From positions 32,922,001 through 32,986,000 of the forward strand of contig NC_043008.1 of NCBI RefSeq assembly GCF_006345805.1: a stretch of DNA of 64,000 nt, in the 5' to 3' direction. Source of the DNA: Octopus sinensis. Its lineage: Eukaryota. The position numbers and the translations under genes are program-made. The first letter of the stretch is position 1. Every line of letters begins with the position of its first letter. Below the pieces are notes generated by a model, which did no database searches, was not told the origin of the DNA, and saw only the letters and a list, made by a program, of their open reading frames with translations. Positions 28,546 to 41,340 of the stretch are shown in pieces.

Positions 28546-31500
28546 ATATATGTATATATATATATATATGATATAGATATATATAGTTATATATATATAT
28601 ATATATGTATATATTATCTATATATGTATATCTATAATATATATGTATATAATATAAGATATGTGTATATATATATATATATATAGTGTGTATATATATA
28701 TATATAATATGTGTATATATATATATATATATTATGTGTATATATATATGTATATATATGTGTATATATATATATATCTATATGTGTATATATTATAATG
28801 TATATATAGTATGTATAATATGTATTATATATGTATATTATATATATATAGTATATATATATATATGTGTGTGGTGTTTGTATCTATACATGAAAATATG
28901 TATTTATACACACACGCATACTTACATATGCACACAGATGCACACACACACACACACACACACACATAAAAAGCCTTCATGCCAGTGCTGCATTACAGCA
29001 CCTGTCCTTGTGCCCCATAAAAAGCATGTAGTACAATCTGTGAAGTGGTTGACATCAGGAAGGGCATCCACCCATAGAAGACAATGCAAAAACATACAAA
29101 CGGAACCTAAACAGCTCCCTGGCTAGCAAGCTCCTGTCAAACCACTCAACCCATGACAGTTAAATGATGATGATAATAATCACACACACATGCACACATT
29201 TCGTTACACATTCTCTGACCTCTTGGTAACTCTCTGTTCCATGTGTCTCTTCTTGTCCTGCATATTCCATTTGAAGGGATCACAGAATGAGTGATGAAAA
29301 AACTTTGACAAAGAAATAAGCTAATAATAATAATAATAATAATAATAGCGAAAGGGGCTGATTGCTACCTAACTCAGATACCAGGAAACCCAAAAATGGC
29401 AGAAATTCAAAAGATAGTGCTCATGGGAACTGCTCATATCCTACGCAAAATACTTTCTATGTAACCTCAAGTTTTAAAACAAACATAATTTTCGTATGTT
29501 TTTTTTTTAGACATTCACTAGTACAACACTAAATACAAAACCAAATATATGGCACACTAGGCATAACAACAACACGAACTTCCAACCTGTTGTCTCTTGA
29601 GGTCTCTGGGTGAGACTTGGAACCAACTTGTACAAATATGAAGCAAAAGTCAAATATAGAATAATAATAAAAACTAAAGTGAAGATCAAATAAATAGCAT
29701 GTGTATGTAACAGGCAAAATATGATCATCCCCAAGTATAACACTATATACACACGTATAAATACACATACACACATATATGCATACATTTATAAATAAAC
29801 GTAAGTATGTGTGTTTCATTGTACATATTCTATATTTCTATGTATATGAGGACTATATTTCTATGCATGCTGTGCTTTTTACATTCAACTATTAGCTAGC
29901 ACTGAGCACGACTCCTTCTAATGATGCTAGACATGTTCAGTCTTACTGTTATTGCTATCAGAATCAATTCCAAGATCTTAAATGCTAATTCAATTCAACG
30001 TTTTCTTTACTCTTAATTTTAGTAATTTGACATGAGTAGTCAATGCTATTGATATTAATATTTATTGTTGTTGTTCATATTAATTTTTGTGTTATAGATA
30101 TTTTTTTAAAAATCTTTTTATGATTGGAATGTTTTCTTTTTAATTTTCTCTTTCAATCTTTGTATGCTGGGAATGTTCATTATTAATTGAATTTTTGTCA
30201 CAGGTTATTTACAATTATTTGATGTAGAAATTAGTTTAGTTCTAATTGGTAATTTTCTGTCAAATATTATGAAATTGGTTGGCATATACATATATATGCA
30301 AGATATATGCATACATATGTGTGTCATTGCTGGGGGTTTTATATACAAACACACACGTAAATATCAAACAATGAGAACGAGTGTTCAACACTGCATTGGT
30401 GGAGAAAGATTCTTTACCTGTGGATTAAAGCAACTGGCCGTAACCAACCCAAATATTCTCCTTTTGTGTTCAAACTGGCCAGATCTGACCTCTTACACCT
30501 ACCTTTCAATGTCATTCTAAAAGTAAATAATTAAACCATCGAATTTGTGAAGCTACAAGATAATGCTTGATTAATTAAAAACAGTGTAAATAAATAAGCA
30601 TTACGTTTGACAGAGTAATCTGTATACTAAAAGGTTAAGTAGTACAATCTTTGTCCATCCTAGCATGATATTTAATCACTAAGAGTGCACAACAGCTCTG
30701 CCTGCAGCTGGTGCTTTCAATTTACGCCTTTCAGAATCGAGGGAAGATTTTACCAGAAATACACCATATATAAAACATGTGGAGTATTTTTTACGAGTTA
30801 CTTTGCAGACATCTACTTTCATAAGTACTCACATACATACATACACACATACATACATACATACACACATACATACATACACACATACATACATACACAC
30901 ATACACACACTGACATACATATATGTATCATCATCATCATTATCATTTGACATCCATTTGTCCATGCTTGCTTGGGTCCAACAGAATGTGTTGAGACAGA
31001 TTTTCTACAGCTAGACGCCCTTTTTGCCACCAACTCCCATTTGTTTCCAGATAAGGTTACAAATTCCCCATGACCTGACATGTTTTTTTTTTACTGTAGA
31101 TTGTCAACAAAGAACATCTCTTGTGTGACACTGATGCTCGTTTGCAACTATCATGGGAAAACAAGACAAGGGTACGCAGAAATGACACATACACACATGC
31201 GCGTACACACACACATACACACACATACATGGACAGGCACAGGCATGGCTGTGTGGCAAGAAGCTTGCTTTCTAACAACATAGTTCTGGTTTCAGTCTCA
31301 CTGCATAGTACATTGGGCAAGTGTCTTCTATTCAACCAAAACCTAGTAAGTGAAACTGGTAGACAGAGACTGAAAGAAGCCCATCATATAGATAGATAGA
31401 TAAATAGATAGACAGACAATGTGTTTGTGTGTTTGCATCTATGTTTGTCCCCCACTACTGCTTAGCAACTAGTGTTGGTGTGATTATGTCTCTGTAACTT

Positions 31501-31642
31501 AGCAGTTTGGCAAAAGGGGTGAATAAAATAAGTACTAGGCTTAAAAGAAAAAAATGAGTACTGGAGTCAATTCATTCAACTAAAAATTCTTCAAAGCAGT
31601 GCTCCAGCATGGCCACAGTCTAATGACTGAAACAAATAAAAG

Positions 31643-31697
<55 letters not shown>

Positions 31698-32435
31698 ATG
31701 TATGTGTATATATATGTATATATTTATATGTATGTATGTATGTATATATATATATATATACCAATTCCACCTACAAAGTCTTGGTCATCCCAGGGTTACA
31801 GTAGAGCAAAACAATTATGAGTTAAAACTTCTGACATCGCACTTTATTAAATTACAACTTGGTTTTCTATTGAGGATGTAAAATGCTTTCATTAAATGGA
31901 AATTCATAAACCAGATTACCCAATGTTGTTCTAACACTGAAGAATCATTCTGTCTTTTACTCCTTTGGTGATAAATCTGAATTAATTCTATAAATCTGAA
32001 CTAATTCCTTAAATCCATAAATCTGCATTAATTCTATTAACTAATCTAGAAATCGCTTTTCCTCTCACTATACACAGATTATTTGATTGGGTGGTATAGT
32101 GTTGAGCAACTTTATATTGTGCATCAAAATTAATATAACATGATGATGACATCCATCTCTTATATCAGGAAGTATTTGTCAATAACGCAGACATTCTTTA
32201 TTTTGTTACACTGTGTCCCTCTCTTAGGAAACCCCTATGTGATCACAAAATTTATTTCCTCTTATTTTTCAATTCTATACAGCATATTAATTTGGTCATT
32301 ATGACCTATATATGTTTCCACTGCACAGATTACAGGCAGTTGCAGATGCAACCTGGCATGATTTCTGGTGCAGCTTCTTCAGGGAACTTAATTGAGAGCC
32401 ACCCCAGATTCTATCCGGAAAATATATCCCTCCAA

Positions 32436-32497
<62 letters not shown>

Positions 32498-34214
32498 TTT
32501 CCTCACAGTGTTTCACAACTTATGTTCATTTGTTTATAACCCTGTAACTTAGCATTTCAGCAGAAGAGACTAATAGAATAAGTAACAAACTTTAAAAAAT
32601 TAGTAGTGGGTTCAATTTGTTTGGCTAAACCCCTACAGTAGTGCCTCAGTTTGGCTACTGTTCAATGGCTGAAAGCAAGTAAAATGGAAACAAAAAGAAA
32701 AAAATCTTTAAAACCTAGAATTTTCAGAGAATTTGAGCATTAGAAATTTATTAAAGATAGAATATGCTGTTGTCCTGAAGAGAAAGTCTTAGCAATATGT
32801 TGAGAGTATGTTGAGAGGCAAGAAAATATGATTTGAAATGAAATATCTTTATTTCCACTGTATACAGTGAGAAACAATGATTAGCATATTTATTCTTAAT
32901 ATATCCCAGCAGATTCAAATCTAAATATGTTAGTTGCTGTTGTGTAAGTCACAGAAGAACAGCTTCTTTTTATAACAAGAATGTGTTCTAAGACACCAGT
33001 ATTTTGACATGTGTGTCATCAGTCAGAAATACCCAAGCCTTTAAACCTAAACAAGCTGGTGGCTTTGTTTATAATTTCAGCAAACAAACTATTTACTGAT
33101 CAGTGCTGATATCTGCCAGCCAATAAAAAAAAAATCGCTATTTGCACTGTGAGCAGCAAGATCTGAAATGATGATTTGCATATTTATTCTTAATGCGTTC
33201 CAACAGATTTGATGATTTGCAATGTTAATTCACTAGCAATGCTAATGCCATTAAACACGAAACAATGGTAAAACGTTACTTCACTCTTCATCCATAATAA
33301 ATTTACAGCTTATGAGTAAGTTGCAAAATCATTCCATAATTAACATTAACAGCTGTTAGAACCTGATTTCAATTTTGATTCAAAGTCAGTTCACATTATT
33401 TATATTACTAATAATCTTGATCTTAATTTAAAGCAAATGTCACATTTTTCTTATACGCTATCTGCTAAAGAAATAAGTGAATTTAGGAAATCATAACAAG
33501 CACCTAACTCTTAGGCTGAGTTGTCCCTTTAGCAATCACATTTCTCTGTCAAGTGTAATGCTTATTTATTGACATTGTTTTGACTTAATCATGCATTGTG
33601 CAACAGCTTCAAAGTTTTGATGATGTGGTTGTTTATTTTTAGACTGACATTGTAGGGTAAGTGTAAGAGGACAGATCTGGCTGGTTTGAACATAAAACAA
33701 GTAGAATATTTGGGTTGGATATGGTTAGTTTAAATGCTAAAGGGTTAAAAGCACTGATTTATTGTGTAGGTAACAATGCTGTTGGTGTCAGAAAAAGATC
33801 AGTTGTATATCTATAATCACTACCTGTGATCTGGTATTTATAAAAGTTAATCAATTAAAAAGTTTCTAGATAACCACATGATCTCTTGTAATTATATATA
33901 TAATGGATAGCCTACTTACAAATTAGCTGATGGGTAAATTCACTGAAAATATTATTGCTGTAGACAATTTATACACACACGCACTCACACATACATGCAC
34001 AAAGAAAGATACATATACTGAGACATAAATATATGCATATATATGTGCATATACACACACACATATTCTTATATAAATTTAATTCATATATATATCATCA
34101 TCATCATCATCATCGTTTAACATCCGATGATGACGATGATGATGATATATATATGAATTAAATTTATATAAGAATATGTGTGTGTGTGTGTATATATATA
34201 TTTATATATATATA

Positions 34215-34262
<48 letters not shown>

Positions 34263-36459
34263 GAAAAATAGACATGTGATTGCTAATGGCATCAAAGCAC
34301 TTATAAGATAGTTATTCAGATGTGAGTTAAAATATATAATTAAACAGAAAAACAAAAAAGGAAAATCAGGAAAGCAACAGTTCATAGTAATTCTTCATAT
34401 CCTTAAATTTCATACTTTAATATCATAGATAAAAGAAAGGAGAATCCAAGTAGTTCATCATAGTGATTCTGCACAGATAGGTAGGCAAATGCCTAGATAG
34501 ATATATAAATGTGTAAAGGTCAGCTGTCACTTGTGTGTAGTTTGCCATGTAGCTTGTACAACCACAATTTGGTTGTATAGTGTCTCAATATAATTGAAAG
34601 CATAGAGACTGTCTTGGCAACCCAGTCCTTAGGTTAGTGGAATATCAAGGATATGACAACTGGAAGAAGAGAAGGCTATGCCAGCCTTAAGCTGGTACTC
34701 CTTTATTAACTGAGTAGAATGGAGCAATGCAAAATGAAGTGCCCTACAAAAGCATACAAAGTGCTGTCCAGTTGAGGAATGGAACCTATGATCCTATGAT
34801 CACAAGTTCAACACTGAACTTCATGCCTTCATATATAAGTGGGTGTGGTGTGTGTTTGTGTGTGTGTGTATATGTATCTGTATGTGTGTGTCTGTGTGTG
34901 CACTTTACTTTCTCCAAATGCATTGCTATTGAATATTGTATATTTGTCTTTTTCCTTACTTTAGAATGCTTGATATGTATGCCTCTGCATGCATGAGTGT
35001 GTGTGTAGCAGGCGGGGTTCTTTCTCTCAGTTTTCTAAGCCTGTCAATAATATCTTTAAGAATATTATGAATGCTTGTCTTGTCCTACTGACCCATTGGG
35101 AATAAATTGCACTACAGATTCAAAATTTAAAACAGTTATTTTGTTGAAGCTTCAAAATTTTATTCTTTAATCTGTCATTTTATTTCATTTCAGTTAATCT
35201 GAAATATTAAGATTAAATTTGTTGTCATGTTTTGTTGTGTTTTGTTATTATTCTTATTGCTTTTTTACTTCATAGTTAAATTGACAATTCTATTTCAGTT
35301 GAAAAGATAATTTTATTTCAGCTTTGCTTTAATCTGTTTTATGTGTTTGCTTAAACATTTGTTGTGTGTGTGTGTGTGTGTGTGCGTGCGTATGTGTGTG
35401 TGTGTGTGTGTGTGTGTGCACATGTATGTGTTTGTGTGTATTGGGGGTGGATATCAAGTTCATACAGTCACCTGTAACAATGTTGTTATAACTAATCAAA
35501 TAAGCAAGTCTTCTCATTTACTAGTTATTTGTTAATGGAATGTAGCTCTTATAATTTCATAATAGAATCTGTAAATTCATAAATCTTACGTTCACTCTGT
35601 TTTAATTATCTACAATAAACATTATTAGTGATGCTAACCAAGATATCAAATGTAATCAACTATAAATCTAAATAACTGATGAACATCATACAAACATCAA
35701 AGCTTGTTTCAAGTGTTGAACTTTGTTTCAAAGCCAGGCCAACACAGTACAACGTAATACTAAGCCAACAGAGGAGTCCTTACATTATTGCTTGACATGC
35801 TAGGCAAAGCTGCTAAATGTCCTGCAAATCTTAGAAAATACATTGTATATTATGACAAGAAACAGAGGTGGGAGGTCCTGGTTGGAATCCCTTTGGTCAT
35901 AGATATGCTCAGTCAGGACAGAGGTGAAACAACAATATTATAATATAAAAATAACATCACCAGTGATATAAACAAGAGTGCATTTTACACCAAATTCCAA
36001 TATGAGAGTTTCTGCTGCAGTATCTACCACAGTATAATTTGTTCTAAAAGAACATCCATCTTAAAGTGAGGATAAATATTACCTTGCGATATTAATATTT
36101 CCTTTGTTACTAATATATATTTTTTAATAAAATAACACTATTTCATTAATATGTAAGGAACAATGAATGAGCGATTCTTCCATTTAGAAAAGGAGTTGTA
36201 TGCCTTAATACTACTTGAACTCTTTACTCCCTATGGAGCAGAGGTCATCAATGACTTTTCTTCCCCATTCGCTACTCCTTTCCACTTCTCCCCAGTTAGA
36301 GTTTGATCCTTGTTTTTTCAGCTCTGCCTCCACTTCCTCGTGGATTCTGCTGCACCATGACATATGTTCCCCTAAGGGAAGGTTTTCCTTCTCACGTCTT
36401 GTTGGTTTTGAACTGTAATCCATGTTCCTGTAACTTTACACACACACACACACACACAT

Positions 36460-36515
<56 letters not shown>

Positions 36516-39500
36516 TATATATACATATATATTACGGAGATGTACTCGCATAGCAAGTAATTTGATCTGAGATCGTGTGCTGAAACGAAAACAATTGCAG
36601 TATGGAAGGTGTTTGTAAGCCATTTAAGAAACACACAAAAGCCGTTCGATTCACTTCAACATTTAAGTTAATTTGTCAAAATATTTTCGGCGCTAAAATC
36701 AGTGAACAGGTCGCAGATTTTAGCGACGAAAATATTTTGACAAATTAAACTTAAGTGTTGAAGTGAATTGAACGGCTTTTGTGTGTTTCTTAAATGGCTT
36801 ACAAACACCTTCCACGCTGCAATTGTTATATATATATAATGTGCATACAAATACACACACACATGTATTTATAAACATACAATAAATACATACATACAAA
36901 CATAGAAAGAAATAACCATTTCATACTCAGAGGACTGTGCTAAGCTCCAACAACTGGTGACTGTGTGGTTTTGAAACTTCCCATTACCATAATAATTGGT
37001 TACATTATATACATAAGTTCTGTTCTTTTCAGAGGCACATAATAGATTGTAATTATATACATAAACATATATAAGCATAATTGAATATATATTGATATGA
37101 CACAATGATTGAGAAACCCAGTTGCAGCTTGTAATGTTCATGTTGTGTTGTTACTCTTGATTATGTTCTGACTATGAACTTCATTTACATTTATATTTAA
37201 TAGCTATATTCGTGTCTGTCTAAATTATCCTACAGTCATCATTAATTAATTGTTTTATAAAATTTATTGTTGTCTAGAAGCTCTTCTTTTTAAACACATC
37301 TGTCCATTACTGACTGATTGGTAATTAATTTAAATACATCTGTTCTCTCATAGGTTACTTCCTGTTCGCTTCTGAAAAGTACAGCATTTTTGAAGGTGGT
37401 GGTGTACTGGAAGTTGATGTCCTTTTTGCGAGAGCTTTACAGTAAGTAACAGCTTTTAACTCTTAATGCAGGACTTAATCAAGGGCATTTATATTCTCTT
37501 GAAGTGAGTGAACAAAAAGATGGTAGTATGGGATGTGATCTCTTGTATTGCTTTCTATAAATAAATACAATAAAATCCTAATGACTTTCTTTCTTGTTCT
37601 CCTCCTTGTTATCCACATATAAAGTAAAACCAAACTATATATAACTTTTCAAAGTATACTAGCATCTCATATGATTGGAATTTTTTATAATTTCAACAGT
37701 TTGTCACAGAAGATGTGGGAATGATTTGGTCAATATTTCATGGGTCTTGTATTGGGAAAAGGTTAGAAACTATCAACTTAGAACTCATTGAGTCATTGGC
37801 TGTCATTCGTATTGGAGGACAAAAGCCTGTTTGATGCCAACTCATATAGATTATGCCTGTACCATTTAGCTTTGTATCTGTTGTCAATGAGAGCTGTCTG
37901 GAATTATATTATAAGATTTCTAGAGATTTCTAAACTACTGAGTTCAAGATGTTTGCCAATGTAAACCAAGCTATTTTGAATATTTATTAGATCAAGAAAT
38001 ATTGAATTTGATATAGCCTTGCATCCCATCTGGATGAGGAGCAGTTATGTCTTATTCTATTAATACTGTAATAGAACATATGTAACTATTTAATCAAAAA
38101 TCATCTGGCACTTAGAGACTAAGTGCAATAGAAGAGTGTAGCTATTCATTCAAGTGTGTACTAACTGTCCTCAAGAGAATATTTATTGGCAATTTCAGGA
38201 TTATGTCTCAGCAAACAATAAAAGTTTGTCTAATATAAAGGATTCTTGTTAGTGTCATCTTCCTTCAAGATGTACTGGACCAGATGGAATTAAAAGTCAA
38301 TGCTATAGTGCCAGTAATGGAATGTGAACCATGGTTTCATCTGCCAATGGCCCTGTATTTTATTGGCTCAGATAGCTTTAACCCTACATACTGGTATAGA
38401 ATAAATTATTGCATGTATTCTCTTCTGCCCTTCTGTCATACTTTCATATCTCTCAATACTATACCTCATTCGGTTGAGGTATCTTGTCTTTCAAGTCCTT
38501 AGCAACTTCATTAGTATTGGTTCCACAAAATAAAGCAAACAGAAAACTCTGTAAAGTGGTTGGTATTAGGAAGGGCATCCAGTTGTAGAAACCATGTCAA
38601 AGCAAATACTGGATCTCAATGTAGTCCCTTTAGCTCATCAATTTTTGTTGAACCATCCAACCCATGCCAGCATGGAAAACGAGATGTCAAGCAGTGATGG
38701 TGATAATGACAGGAATGCATTGGAGAAACATAATCCTTTGCGTTGTCCACAGTAAATCACTGCTACACAGTGGATGTAATGCAGAAAGTTGATACTGAAA
38801 CTGAACGGGAATTTTAATTCATCCTGTAAACAAATAAAACTATAAATCTTAATTATCATGCTGATACACTAACATCAGAATTAACTACAGAAGAGTGATA
38901 AATGGGGATTAGGAAATATTTTTAGAAGTCAACAAGCAATACTTTCAGACAAAACAAGCAAAGGAGGCATCTTCAAACATTTCTGGAATCTTAGTCATTA
39001 GCAGAAGTATATTTTTCATCATTGTTTGTTGGTAATTTTGTAACTAGTTTACTATATAGACATGTTTGTAAAATTTTGGTAGTGGGAAATGTGATTAATT
39101 GATAATTTAATTACAAAAGTGTGCTAACAATATATTTTATAATAAAAAGGTTGCTTCCAATGTTTTCAACATCTAAAATCACCAGAGAAGATTTAAACAC
39201 AGTGACTAAGAAACAATATTATGGGTTAGCTAATATTAGATGATTAAATTAAATTACATTTTTTTATATTTACAAACATTTCTATTTGTAAGTTAGTTAC
39301 TGCATGAAAAGCAAGTGCCAGCAAGAATTATAATCCTGCTGATTATGACTAAAAAAGCAGAAACATTTGAAGTTGTCTCTCTTGCTTGCTCAACCTTTGA
39401 ATATTATTAGCTGACACCCTAATATTTTTCATACTTATGTATTTAACCCTGATTGGGTTATTTCTGTTATTTAACATATTGGATTTAATCAAACCCACCT

Positions 39501-40381
39501 TTTTATTAAATAGGGTAATGTTTTTATTCCACTGATCTCATCCACTGCTGAAATAAACTACTGATGGTTGGTTGGTTGGTTGGCTGACTGGCTGGCTGGC
39601 TGGCTGGCTGGTTGGTTGGCTGGTTGGTTGGTTGGTTGGTTGGTTGGTTGGTTTGTAGTGCTATAAAAACTATCAGTGAGGCTGAATAATCACATTTTTA
39701 TCTCTTTCTCTTCCAGAATTCCTGATAGAAAAAAAGCCGTAAGTCTTGACTATTCATACTTCTATTTCATTAAAGTTTATATGTTTTACTTTACTTTAAA
39801 AAAAAACATTTTTTTAATGCAATCAAAAGCTATCAAATTAGGTCTAACTAATTGGGGAGCACCTAAATTTTGAATAAGATGTATTCTACAATGTTTCTCA
39901 AGAGAGCAATTTCAAATTCAACTGTGGACACAATTAAAGTCCGTATATAAAGTCATTTAAAACCCTAAAGAAATCATTTTATTTGCTAGGTACTGTTAAC
40001 GCTCCTCATTGCAATTCTGCCTGGCCTTGGAGGGGAATTAACAAACAATTTTGTAAGACGTATCATATAAGTGAATTTAAAGACCAAGTTTTTGGTGATA
40101 ACAGTGCTAGTAATGGTGATGGAAAATCACAACTATTATTAATATTGACTTTCAGGATTGAAAAAATATGTACCAGTCAAATATTGGGGTTGTTGCAATC
40201 AACTATACACCCTACCCAAAAAAATTCAGGCTTTGTGCCTATATCTTTTATTTTTTACTTGTTTCAGTCATTAGACTGTGGTGATACTGGGGCACTGCCT
40301 TGAAGAATTTTTAGTCAAATGAATTGACTCCAGTACTGTTTTTTGTTAAGATGGATGGTATTGTTTTTTGTACAATTTCAA

Positions 40382-40430
<49 letters not shown>

Positions 40431-40657
40431 GTATATATGTATATATGGTTCTAGTTCAAGCTTATAGTATTTTTTACGCAAAGTTTAATGCCTCTGTAAT
40501 TGAAGATATTTCAAACAGAATTAGTTAATGTTATGAAAACCTATTTTGTCTGAAGTTTATCAATATGGGGTTCAACTAATGTTGATTTCAGTTTGTCTTG
40601 AGAATGGATAGTAGTATATGTGCATCTAGTTCTTCAGGAATTATGTAAAGCATGCAC

Positions 40658-40717
<60 letters not shown>

Positions 40718-41114
40718 TGAGTATATATGTGGTGAAGCAATTTTTTTGCTGAACCCTAATTATAATTAGACTCATAATTATAAAAATTATTGTTTAAGTT
40801 TACTGATTATGGTCCTTTTAACATGCCGAAGCTACTTGGTAGAATTATTAATTATTAATTAATTAATTAATTTTACCCTTTATTATTATTGATAATATAT
40901 ATATATATCTTTTACTTTTTCAGTCATTTGACTCTATTACACTGGGGCGTTGCCTTGAGATTTTAGCTGAATGTATGAACCATAGTACTTATTTTTTTTT
41001 AAAGCTTTATACTTATTCTATTGGTCTCTTTTGCTGAACTGCTAAGTTACGGGGATATAAACACATCCACACTGATTGTCAAGTGGTAGTGAGGGTACAA
41101 ACACAGACACAAAG

Positions 41115-41145
<31 letters not shown>

Positions 41146-41289
41146 AATATATATATATATATACATATATACAATAGGCTTCTTACATCTGTACACATAT
41201 ACTAATGCACTTTCAGACATGGAGGTTGATATATATTGACTGAATTTAAGAATTCAATTATTAACATACTAAACTTCAATACATCATTG

Positions 41290-41340
<51 letters not shown>

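Noticed and set aside
32329-32440. Exon-like stretch (D)[27 protein letters not shown] after cacAG
   Set aside because: Starts in phase 1 but has no good phase-1 donor, runs into (TG)n, and shows no homology.
36211-36423. 70-aa minus-strand ORF ([14 protein letters not shown]...)
   Set aside because: No recognisable motif and no splice context; probably a decayed repeat.
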